From Gammaproteobacteria bacterium (GTDB lineage Bacteria; Pseudomonadota; Gammaproteobacteria; UBA4575), in NCBI GenBank assembly GCA_965221955.1, contig CBDCTA010000022.1:288001-352000 (forward strand): a DNA stretch of 64,000 nucleotides, in the 5' to 3' direction. The notes beneath the pieces are model-generated. The model did not search any database and was not told the origin of the DNA. It worked only from the letters and a program-made list of their open reading frames with translations. This document shows, one piece after another, positions 23,212-33,523 of the stretch. The stretch's first letter is position 1. The number at the start of each line of letters is the position of its first letter. The position numbers were made by a program, and so were the translations under genes.

Positions 23212-24288
23212 TTGGCGCTGCAAACACTCCTGATTCAAAACTTACGCATTATTAATCAGCTAGAAATTACTCTGGCTGCAGATGCCAATTTATTTATTGG
23301 TGAAAACGGAGCGGGTAAAACTAGTATTCTGGAGGCAATCGATATTCTAAGCCGCGGACGTTCTTTTCGAGAACGCCGCACACACCCTTTATTACGGAAA
23401 CAGGCCAGTAGTATCATTGTCAGCAGCAAGCTAAATACGGCTGATGGCAGTATTCATCTTGGGATTCAGAAATCCGCTAAACAAACCTTGCTGCATGTAA
23501 ACCAAGAAAAAGTAAGCTCAGTCTCTGAACATGCGAGTCATCTCCCTGTAGTCAGCATGCATCCGGATTCGCACCAACTGATCCAAGGAGGGAGTAAGCA
23601 GCGCAGAAACTATCTGGACTGGTCTGCGTTTCACGTGAAACCAACTTTCCTACAGCATTGGCGAAATTACAATAAAAGTCTGCGTCAGCGTAACCAAGCC
23701 TTGCGAGATCAGCGTCCAACGGAGGAAATAAACGTGTGGGCTAAGAAGTTAAGTGAGCATGCAGAATGCGTAGATCGCGAAAGATCGGAGATTTTCGGCC
23801 AACTTAACCCTATTATCGAAGGATATAGCCGAAGATTACTGCCAGAGGCCGAAATTAACGTAAAATATGCTAGAGGTTGGCCAGAAGAGCAGAATTTAGA
23901 GCAAACGCTAAACGAGCTACTTGATCAAGAGCGCAAGCTAAAATCCACACGTGCTGGTGCTCATCGAGCAGAACTGAAACTACTCCTAAATGAGCAAGAT
24001 GCCGCCGCTACGGCTTCGAGAGGGCAGCAGAAACTCATCGCAGCGTGTTTGTTGCTGGCACAGATTGAGCATGTTCAGCAGCTCAGCGCGCAAAAATGTG
24101 TTGTGTTGTTAGATGATGTACGAGCAGAACTCGACCAAGAACATGCGCATGCATTAATCACTGCGTTACAAGACCTAGGTTGCCAAGTGTTTATCACAGC
24201 AATTGAACGGGAACAAATCGAGCTGACTGGTTGGCAGGACACTAAGGTGTTTCACGTGAAACAAGGGTACTGTAAGCCAATGAACTGA
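23212..24288 (+). CDS. recF: DNA replication/repair protein RecF
   Basis: GENGAGKTSILEA, SRGQQK, LLDDV..ELD; TTG start. Confidence 0.97.
   Translation: MALQTLLIQNLRIINQLEITLAADANLFIGENGAGKTSILEAIDILSRGRSFRERRTHPLLRKQASSIIVSSKLNTADGSIHLGIQKSAKQTLLHVNQEKVSSVSEHASHLPVVSMHPDSHQLIQGGSKQRRNYLDWSAFHVKPTFLQHWRNYNKSLRQRNQALRDQRPTEEINVWAKKLSEHAECVDRERSEIFGQLNPIIEGYSRRLLPEAEINVKYARGWPEEQNLEQTLNELLDQERKLKSTRAGAHRAELKLLLNEQDAAATASRGQQKLIAACLLLAQIEHVQQLSAQKCVVLLDDVRAELDQEHAHALITALQDLGCQVFITAIEREQIELTGWQDTKVFHVKQGYCKPMN
23627..23642. promoter_or_regulatory. parS site (14/16) inside recF
   Basis: CGTTTCACGTGAAACC versus consensus TGTTTCACGTGAAACA. Confidence 0.75.
24248..24263. promoter_or_regulatory. parS site (perfect) at the recF 3' end
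   Basis: TGTTTCACGTGAAACA is an exact consensus palindrome, near oriC and parAB. Confidence 0.92.
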
Positions 24289-24342
24289 TAAATAAAAATG
24301 AGCTCTTTGAGCAAGGATTTACAAGCTCTTCAAGCCTATGCT

Positions 24343-24351
24343 TGATATAAT
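24343..24351 (+). promoter_or_regulatory. Extended -10 sigma70 promoter for gyrB
   Basis: TGATATAAT (TGn-TATAAT) ends 30 bp before the gyrB ATG. Confidence 0.55.
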
Positions 24352-24374
24352 AAATGGTTAATTGATTACACTAA

Positions 24375-26831
<2,457 letters not shown>

Positions 26832-26986
26832 AAAAGAACAAAAAAGCACCTGAGAGTATTTGGTTAGTCAGGTTTAAATCAGCTTTAGTCCACGTTTAGC
26901 TAGCGTATATTGTTGATTTTAAAGAAAATGTCCCCATATTGATTTAGTAATTGAAAAATTCAATCTAGACAACTAGGGAGTTATTT

Positions 26987-27559
26987 ATGGGAATCGGCAG
27001 CATCATATTTTTAGCCATCGTTGTAGTGTTAGCGGGGTACTTCATTGTTATTTATAACAGCCTAGTTAATTTAAAACATGCCGTAAGTAAGGCTTGGTCA
27101 AATATCGACGTGTTGCTCAAACAGCGCCATGACGAAATTCCAAAGCTGGTCGAAGTGTGTAAGCAATACATGGGTTTTGAACAAGAAACTTTAACCAAAG
27201 TCATGGAAGCACGTTCAAGAGTTTCCAATGCGCAACAATCTGGTGATATGAACGCATTAGGTTCTGCGGAAGGAATGTTACGCATGGGATTAGGTAATTT
27301 ATTCGCAGTTGCAGAAGATTATCCTGAGCTTAAAGCCAACGAAACGTTTAGACATTTGCAAGAAAGAATTTCTGGCTTAGAAAATTCGATTGCTGATCGT
27401 CGAGAGTTCTATAACGAAAGTGTAAATCGCAACAATGTTCGCATTGAACAATTCCCAGATATTATCGTAGCCAGAATGATGGCGTTTAAGGCATTTGACT
27501 TGCTTGAGTTTGCTGAATCAGAAACGCAAGACGTAGACGTTAAAGCGTTATTTAGTTAA
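26987..27559 (+). CDS. lemA: LemA family protein
   Basis: N-terminal TM, YN.LV, AWSNIDVLLKQRHD.IP.LV, VAE.YPELKA, RREFYN..V. Confidence 0.95.
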   Translation: MGIGSIIFLAIVVVLAGYFIVIYNSLVNLKHAVSKAWSNIDVLLKQRHDEIPKLVEVCKQYMGFEQETLTKVMEARSRVSNAQQSGDMNALGSAEGMLRMGLGNLFAVAEDYPELKANETFRHLQERISGLENSIADRREFYNESVNRNNVRIEQFPDIIVARMMAFKAFDLLEFAESETQDVDVKALFS

Positions 27560-27593
27560 CCGCGTTTAACTGCAAACTTATCTCGAGTAAGCA

Positions 27594-28502
27594 TTGACAA
27601 ACTTTAGTCAAGGCGACTGGTTTTTACTAACCGTTCTATTTGTTGGCGCACTGATTTGTTTATTTGCTGCGTTGCGCATGTTCCATCGTGCGCGCTTAAT
27701 CGAAGACATGCCGACTTCAAAAATTCGTTCCTGTCCACAAGGTTATGTTGAACTTTTTGGTACGGCAAAGTGGATGGAAGGGCCTGAAATTCATGCGCCC
27801 TTGAGTGGGCTACCTTGTGTTTGGTATTCCTTTACAGTGGAAGAATACGTTGAGCACTCCAAGCAAAAATGGCGTCGCATTAACAGTGGTGTAAGTGATG
27901 AGCTTTTTATTCTCGAAGATGATACCGGAGCTTGTGTAATCGATCCTGAAGACGCAGAAGTTACGCCAAGCTCAAACAGTACTTGGTATGGAAAAGAAAG
28001 ACTTGGTCCAAGGACGCATACCTCACCGTTAGATGTTTTAAGTGGCGCACTTTTTCAAAGTGGGCAAAAATATCGTTATTCCGAAAGACGTTTAGATGTA
28101 TATGAATCTCTATACGCAATAGGCGAATTTTGTTCGATAGGCACCGATTATCGACAAGATATAAAAGATGCTGCGTTAGAGAGATTACGAGAATTGAAGC
28201 GTGATAAAGACGAGCTTGCTAAGTATGACGTGAATAATGATGGGAATATTGATGCAGAAGAGTGGGAGCAAGCCCGTAAGGATGCTAAGCAAGCGGCGAT
28301 TGAAGAACAGCTCGCGAAGCCTTTACCTAAACGTATGCATATACTAAAAAAACCACAAACAAAAAAATACCAACCGTTTTTACTTTCTTCAAAAACCGAG
28401 ACTCATATGTCTAGAAATAGCCGTATTTTTTCTGCAGGACTTGCCTCATTGTTTATTATTTTTACCGCCAGCGTTTTTTTGAAATTAACAGGAGCCTTTT
28501 AG
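27594..28502 (+). CDS. GIDE-domain-like membrane protein with EF-hand loop (LemA partner)
   Basis: PTSKIRS..QGYVEL.G, APLSG.PCVWY, F.LEDDTG.C.IDP; EF-hand DVNNDGNIDAEE; TM segments at both ends. Confidence 0.75.
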   Translation: MTNFSQGDWFLLTVLFVGALICLFAALRMFHRARLIEDMPTSKIRSCPQGYVELFGTAKWMEGPEIHAPLSGLPCVWYSFTVEEYVEHSKQKWRRINSGVSDELFILEDDTGACVIDPEDAEVTPSSNSTWYGKERLGPRTHTSPLDVLSGALFQSGQKYRYSERRLDVYESLYAIGEFCSIGTDYRQDIKDAALERLRELKRDKDELAKYDVNNDGNIDAEEWEQARKDAKQAAIEEQLAKPLPKRMHILKKPQTKKYQPFLLSSKTETHMSRNSRIFSAGLASLFIIFTASVFLKLTGAF

Positions 28503-28553
28503 CGCAATAAAAAACTAAGTTGTAAGAATAAAGTTCAGGCATAATGCCGGGCC

Positions 28554-29201
28554 ATGAATAAAAAGATCATTACATTTCTTTTGTTAGTCTTCTTTGAACC
28601 TCTTTGTGCACAGGAATTTGCTTATGTAACCGATTCTCTTAAACTACGTTTATATTCTGAACCCACCAGCAACAGCGATGTATTACTAACAATAGAAAGT
28701 GGGGACTCGGTTGAAGTCTTTGAGAAGCAAGAAGGATTCAGTCGGGTGATCACGAACGATGGTATAGAAGGCTGGGTGAAATCTGCTTTTTTAGTTGAAG
28801 ATCCACCCGAAAAATTACTTTATTACTCAGTAAGTGAACAGAATAAAGAGTTACAAGCTGAAATAGCAGCGTTGCAAAACAATTCGTCTGCGGTAACTTC
28901 TGCAAGTAATGAAGCGGATCTGAATCAAATCGCTGAGCTACAAGCTGAGCTCGCTAAACAGCAAGAAGTCAATCAAAGGCTAAGAGAGCAAATTGCAGAT
29001 GCTGGAAGTGTTCAACCAGTAGTAATTGAAAACAGCCTTACAAATTTACATACAAAAGCTGGCGAAACATCTAGTAAAGAAGTTAACAAATTGTTTTTAA
29101 TTGGGGTTCCATTTGCACTGGCTCTGCTAGGATTTTTATTAGGTATTAAACTTTCTGCAATACGCATGCGCAAACGCTTGCACGGCTTCAGTTTTAAATA
29201 A
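28554..29201 (+). CDS. SH3 domain protein (TIGR04211/YgiM-like)
   Basis: Signal peptide, YVTD.L.LRLY, EGWV, coiled coil, C-terminal TM and basic tail. Confidence 0.85.
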   Translation: MNKKIITFLLLVFFEPLCAQEFAYVTDSLKLRLYSEPTSNSDVLLTIESGDSVEVFEKQEGFSRVITNDGIEGWVKSAFLVEDPPEKLLYYSVSEQNKELQAEIAALQNNSSAVTSASNEADLNQIAELQAELAKQQEVNQRLREQIADAGSVQPVVIENSLTNLHTKAGETSSKEVNKLFLIGVPFALALLGFLLGIKLSAIRMRKRLHGFSFK

Positions 29202-29212
29202 GTAATTCATTC

Positions 29213-29977
29213 ATGAAAATAGCTTCTTGGAATGTAAATTCTTTGCGTGTTCGTTTACCGCAAGTGTTGGAATGGCTGCAAGACAATCCGGTGGATGTGT
29301 TGGCTTTGCAAGAAACTAAAATGGTGGATGAAGATTTCCCAGTAGACGAAATTCAACAAGCCGGTTACCAAGTGCAGTATTCCGGGCAAAAAACCTATAA
29401 CGGCGTAGCAGTGCTATCAAAGCAGGAAGCCAGTGATGTAGTGACGGATGTACCAAACTTAGAGGATCCGCAGCGCAGAATTTTAGCGGTGACGGTAGAC
29501 GATGTTCGAGTGCTGAATCTCTATGTGGTGAACGGCAAAGAAGTAGGTTCGGATAAATATGACTACAAACTCGATTGGTTGAAAAAAGTAACCGCTTTTA
29601 TTGAGAAAGACTTAAAAAAATATCCAAGCTATGTAGTGCTAGGAGATTTTAATATTGCACCAGAAGATGCGGATGTGCACGACCCTGTAGCTTGGAAAGA
29701 TAAAATTCTTTGTAGTGACAAAGAACGTAAAGCATTACAAGCCATCACTGATCTCGGTTTTGTCGATACCTTTAGACTATTTGACCAAGAAGAAAATACG
29801 TTTAGTTGGTGGGATTACCGTGCTGCAGGTTTTCGCCGCAATCTTGGTTTACGCATCGATTTGATCTTGGCAAGTACTGCACTAGAGGGCAGTTGCGCTT
29901 TCAGCGTGGTGGATAAAGCCCCTAGAAGCAATGAAAGACCTTCTGACCATGCACCAGTAATTGCGGAGTTTATGTAG
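29213..29977 (+). CDS. xth: Exodeoxyribonuclease III
   Basis: SWNVNS, LQETK, GDFNIAP, SWWDYR, RIDLIL, PSDHAP. Confidence 0.95.
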   Translation: MKIASWNVNSLRVRLPQVLEWLQDNPVDVLALQETKMVDEDFPVDEIQQAGYQVQYSGQKTYNGVAVLSKQEASDVVTDVPNLEDPQRRILAVTVDDVRVLNLYVVNGKEVGSDKYDYKLDWLKKVTAFIEKDLKKYPSYVVLGDFNIAPEDADVHDPVAWKDKILCSDKERKALQAITDLGFVDTFRLFDQEENTFSWWDYRAAGFRRNLGLRIDLILASTALEGSCAFSVVDKAPRSNERPSDHAPVIAEFM

Positions 29978-30235
29978 CGATTTGTGTCCAATTTCTTTTA
30001 AAAGTCAGTAAAATGCTGCGATCATGCTGAATAACGTTGACTAAACTGTAATGCTTGTTAGAACTAGAGAAATACAACTCGCTCTGGTTAATTAAATAAC
30101 ATGGTCAACCCCTCTTCTTTTAACAATCTTCTTCCATCTGTCTTCTTTTCATAACAATAAGATTCACACTTGGCATCGATGATGAGTTAGGACAAACTCC
30201 GTGCTACCAATCCACATACGTGAGGTGTTAAAAAA

Positions 30236-30874
30236 ATGCGCAACATTATGGTGATTAACTCTAAAGGTGGTTCAGGTAAGTCCACCGTAGCGACCAATTT
30301 GGCCTCCTATTTTGCTTCTCAAGGTAAAAGCGTCGTCATGATGGATTATGACCCTCAAGGCAGTAGCATGGCGTGGTTAGCGGCTCGTTCTTCAGCGCGT
30401 CCACCCATTCAAGGAATTGCTGCCTATAAAAAAAGCTCAAAACGTCCTAGTCGAAAAACTGATTTTGTGATTCATGATGCACCGGCAGGAAAGCATGGTG
30501 GCGACTTGAGCAAAATGTTGAATAAAGCGCAGACGATTCTTATTCCTGTATTGCCTTCACCCATCGATATGCGTGCAGTAATCGATTTTATTGCAGAAGT
30601 TAAGAAATCAGCACCTGTACAACGTAAAAGAGCTAAATTGGCATTAGTCGCAAATCGATCCCGTGATTATACAAATATTTACTGGGAACTGGATGACTTG
30701 TTAAGCAAACAACGCATTCCATTTTTAACCATGTTGCGTGATAGTCAAAATTACATCAAAGCCGCTGAACGCGGTTTGGGTATTTTTGAGATGGCACCTG
30801 CTGCCACCGAGCTTGACCGCGAAATGTGGGAGCCCATCATAAAATGGGTGAAAAGCAAACGCAGTCAGCCGTAA
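30236..30874 (+). CDS. Orphan ParA-family ATPase
   Basis: Deviant Walker A NSKGGSGKST, DYDPQGS, D.PAG, PVLPSPID. Confidence 0.9.
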   Translation: MRNIMVINSKGGSGKSTVATNLASYFASQGKSVVMMDYDPQGSSMAWLAARSSARPPIQGIAAYKKSSKRPSRKTDFVIHDAPAGKHGGDLSKMLNKAQTILIPVLPSPIDMRAVIDFIAEVKKSAPVQRKRAKLALVANRSRDYTNIYWELDDLLSKQRIPFLTMLRDSQNYIKAAERGLGIFEMAPAATELDREMWEPIIKWVKSKRSQP

Positions 30875-30940
30875 ACTTAATAGGTTGGCAACATTGTTTT
30901 GCCACACTTTCTTTACAAAAGTTAACTAGAGAGTACGTCT

Positions 30941-31483
30941 GTGAGTCGTTCTTTAAAACTATCATATCTAATTCGTTTCATTATTAGTTGTGTGTTTTGT
31001 ATGGCGATATTTACTAATAGCACTGCAACCGCTTCTCCAGAATTGCATGTTGAGGATAAAGCCGATTACGTAGTGGTTAAAAAAGCAGAACGTAAACTTT
31101 ATCTTTATCGTGGAATGGAAATTTTAAAAACTTACCGCATCGCCTTAGGCAAACAACCTGATGGGCATAAAATTCGTGAAGGTGATTCGCGCACACCAGA
31201 AGGTATTTACACATTAGATTGGCGTAACCCAAATAGTAAGTTTTACCGCTCCATTCATATTTCCTACCCAAGTAAATCTGATAATCGCGATGCACGCGAA
31301 CGAGGTGATTCACCGGGTGGTGCCATTATGATTCATGGCCAACCCAGTAACTGGGTAGAAAAAACCAAACTATTATTCAATCAAGATGATTGGACAGAAG
31401 GTTGCATTGCAGTGCAAGATCATGAAATGGATGAAATTTGGAATGCTGTGGAAGATGGCACGCCGATAGAGATTATTCCTTGA
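30941..31483 (+). CDS. L,D-transpeptidase (YkuD domain) family protein
   Basis: V.KAERKL.L, GD.RTPEG.Y, IMIHG...WTEGCIAV. Confidence 0.92.
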   Translation: MSRSLKLSYLIRFIISCVFCMAIFTNSTATASPELHVEDKADYVVVKKAERKLYLYRGMEILKTYRIALGKQPDGHKIREGDSRTPEGIYTLDWRNPNSKFYRSIHISYPSKSDNRDARERGDSPGGAIMIHGQPSNWVEKTKLLFNQDDWTEGCIAVQDHEMDEIWNAVEDGTPIEIIP

Positions 31484-31509
31484 ACCCATAGGTGCGCGAA
31501 TATGATGTC

Positions 31510-31523
31510 CATCAGGGATGATG
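31510..31523 (+). promoter_or_regulatory. GGGA-loop hairpin (possible CsrA/RsmA site)
   Basis: CATCA-GGGA-TGATG, a perfect 5-bp stem. Confidence 0.3.
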
Positions 31524-31583
31524 CATCTGATTAAAGACAAGCTTTAATTAATTTACAGGTTGGAAAATTTAGATACTTACCAT

Positions 31584-31613
31584 TTTGACTGCTAACGACC
31601 CAAAGCGGGCATT
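31584..31613 (+). repeat. 30-bp cassette-flanking inverted-arm site, copy 1 (core class A)
   Basis: TTTGACTGCT-AACGACCCAA-AGCGGGCATT, 28 bp upstream of the globin gene. Confidence 0.8.
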
Positions 31614-31641
31614 CTGCTGTGTAAAATCTAGAGACAATTAA

Positions 31642-32049
31642 ATGGATAATTTAAAGGCAAAAGATCAATTCTTACAGAGTCTTGAGCGTTGTGAAGAAGA
31701 CGAGTCATTTATTCCTTCATTCTATAAGCGATTTTTATCTACATCAGATGAAATTAAGGATAAATTTCGGCATACAGATTTTGAGAAGCAGAATAAAATG
31801 TTAATTCGCTCTCTTAAACTTGCTGCTGGAGCGACCATTGGAGAGCCTGAGGCGTTGCAAGAGCTTAGAGATCGCGCAGAAACCCATGATCGTCATCACC
31901 TCAATATTAAACCAGAATTATATGATGCTTGGTTAAATGCGGTTATTGAGACTGCGCGTGAATATGATGCTCAGTGGAATGACAATATTGAGTCTATTTG
32001 GCGAAGTATACTCGGACATGTGATTAACCATATGATCAAGTTTTATTAA
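31642..32049 (+). CDS. Single-domain globin
   Basis: S..RC....F...FY.RFL, F..TDF..Q..ML, H....LNI.P.LY..W and W..W patterns; 135 aa. Confidence 0.88.
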   Translation: MDNLKAKDQFLQSLERCEEDESFIPSFYKRFLSTSDEIKDKFRHTDFEKQNKMLIRSLKLAAGATIGEPEALQELRDRAETHDRHHLNIKPELYDAWLNAVIETAREYDAQWNDNIESIWRSILGHVINHMIKFY

Positions 32050-32078
32050 ATGACCGCTATTGGCCGAAAACGGACATT
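32049..32078 (+). repeat. 30-bp cassette-flanking site, copy 2 (core class B)
   Basis: AATGACCGCT-ATTGGCCGAA-AACGGACATT; overlaps the globin stop codon by 1 nt. Confidence 0.88.
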
Positions 32079-32115
32079 CAAATATGTTAATAAAAAATTG
32101 AAAAAGAGTAATCAG

Positions 32116-32724
32116 ATGGCTAGATCAATTCAAAGGTTTTTCATATTAACTGCATCAATACTTACTGTTTATTTTCTTTATTTACCTATAATTCAAGTTG
32201 TACAAGCAGATGTTGGTGCAGAGCTTCGTAAAAAAGGGGAACAGTGTAGGAGTTGGGTCGAGGCAGGAGACCTCATGCGTCATCAAGCCAGTAGATGTTT
32301 AGCTGCGTGCGAAAGATATGGCCATGCAGTACAAAAGCATCCAGATATGTTATCAGATGCAGGTGTTCAGGGCTGTAAAGATATTTTTTTAAGAACGAAG
32401 AACAAAGTTCTTGGAACGAAATCTAAAACATCCTCTTCAGAAATAACAAAGTCCACACTATCTTCAATGCCCGATGTTGAAGGAATCTATATGCAAGCTA
32501 TGCAAGGAAAACTTCGAGTACAAGTAGAAGGACGTGACGACTGGGATACAATTTGCAATGGATTTATAAGAATCAAAGACCGAAAAGGTGAATATGCTCG
32601 CAAACTAAAAGGTCGTGATCGTGTGCGTCTTATCGGCATTACCTACAATCCTGACGAGCCCAGTGGGCGGCCGCGTGGCATATGTTCAGCGGAACGCATT
32701 GAAATACTTGGACAGAGTCAGTAG
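32116..32724 (+). CDS. Hypothetical exported Cys-containing protein
   Basis: Signal peptide MARSIQRFFILTASILTVYFLYLPIIQVVQA with AAGAG upstream. The ORF-track start at 32050 (MTAIGRKRTF) is only the translated repeat. Confidence 0.7.
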   Translation: MARSIQRFFILTASILTVYFLYLPIIQVVQADVGAELRKKGEQCRSWVEAGDLMRHQASRCLAACERYGHAVQKHPDMLSDAGVQGCKDIFLRTKNKVLGTKSKTSSSEITKSTLSSMPDVEGIYMQAMQGKLRVQVEGRDDWDTICNGFIRIKDRKGEYARKLKGRDRVRLIGITYNPDEPSGRPRGICSAERIEILGQSQ

Positions 32725-32742
32725 TTATTCATGACAGATTTC

Positions 32743-32772
32743 AATGTCTGCTTTTGGCCGAAAGCGGATACT
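32743..32772 (+). repeat. 30-bp cassette-flanking site, copy 3 (core class B)
   Basis: AATGTCTGCT-TTTGGCCGAA-AGCGGATACT; overlaps the stop of the convergent DUF4197 gene. Confidence 0.88.
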
Positions 32773-33502
32773 ATTTGCTAAATACCTTTTTCAATAAATC
32801 TGTAGTTCTTGCAACAGGGTCAGTGCGGATTTTAGCTTCTTCTATAGCCAAGTAATGAAAAATCCCATCCATTCCTTTTTCCACCACGTAACTGCTCAAG
32901 TCTGATTTTACATCGGGCACTAATGGAAATTTTTTGTATTGCCCAATTGCGTTGTCATAACTTTTAATCGCACCAGCTTCCGCTAAGCTGTCATTCACTA
33001 TTGGGGTAAATTCTTTTACTAAGTCAGGCGTCATTTTAGATTGAAAGTAACGTGTTGCGGCATCATTTTCTCCAGCTAGAATGTTGCGTGCATCGTCTAA
33101 TGTCATCGCTTGAATAGCATTAATAAATAATTCTTTGGCTTTCGGTGTAGCGATTTCAGCCGCTCTGTTCAGTCTGGTTTCTAAATCATCCAGCATGCCG
33201 CTCATGCCCACTTTATCTAGAGTAGATTGCACTTTTTGCAAGCTGTTTGGTAAAGGGATATGGATATTGGGGTCCGCATTGAATCCGTCTGTAGCCCCTA
33301 GCTGATTGATGACTAGATCTGAACCAACTTGTAGGGCCTCTTTTAAACCAGAGGCGATTTCACCATCTGTAAGAGAACTTGCAGTGGAGGAAGTAATTCC
33401 AGAATCTTCTAAAAATTCTTTGGCTTTATCAAACCAACCTGCATGTAATGAACTTGCAAGTAAGAATATAAAAAACGTAATAGTTATAAACTTTAATTTC
33501 AT
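32771..33502 (-). CDS. DUF4197 family exported protein
   Basis: EIASGLKEAL.VG, I.IPLP, LNRAAE.A.P, EEAKIR.DP.ARTT.LLKKVF. Confidence 0.9.
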   Translation of the reverse strand: MKLKFITITFFIFLLASSLHAGWFDKAKEFLEDSGITSSTASSLTDGEIASGLKEALQVGSDLVINQLGATDGFNADPNIHIPLPNSLQKVQSTLDKVGMSGMLDDLETRLNRAAEIATPKAKELFINAIQAMTLDDARNILAGENDAATRYFQSKMTPDLVKEFTPIVNDSLAEAGAIKSYDNAIGQYKKFPLVPDVKSDLSSYVVEKGMDGIFHYLAIEEAKIRTDPVARTTDLLKKVFSK

Positions 33503-33523
33503 GTATTCCTCCCAAATAAATGC

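Noticed and set aside
31491-31518. dif/pdif-like site (GGTGCGCGAAT resembles a XerC arm)
   Set aside because: No XerD arm (TTATGTTAAAT) at the required spacing, and the region is origin-proximal.
32049-32078. Repeats as simple intrinsic terminators
   Set aside because: There is no consistent U-tract, the sites occur upstream as well as downstream of genes, and the loop sequence is conserved and oriented. A secondary terminator role is not excluded.
32050-32115. N-terminal extension MTAIGRKRTF... of the 224-aa ORF
   Set aside because: The ATG comes from the repeat arm; the signal peptide and RBS point to a start at 32116.
31584-32772. Interpreting the 30-bp repeats as a CRISPR array or integron attC sites
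   Set aside because: The intervals are whole genes of 435 and 664 bp and there are no cas genes. The sites are shorter than attC, lack paired RYYYAAC/GTTRRRY ends, and no intI is present.
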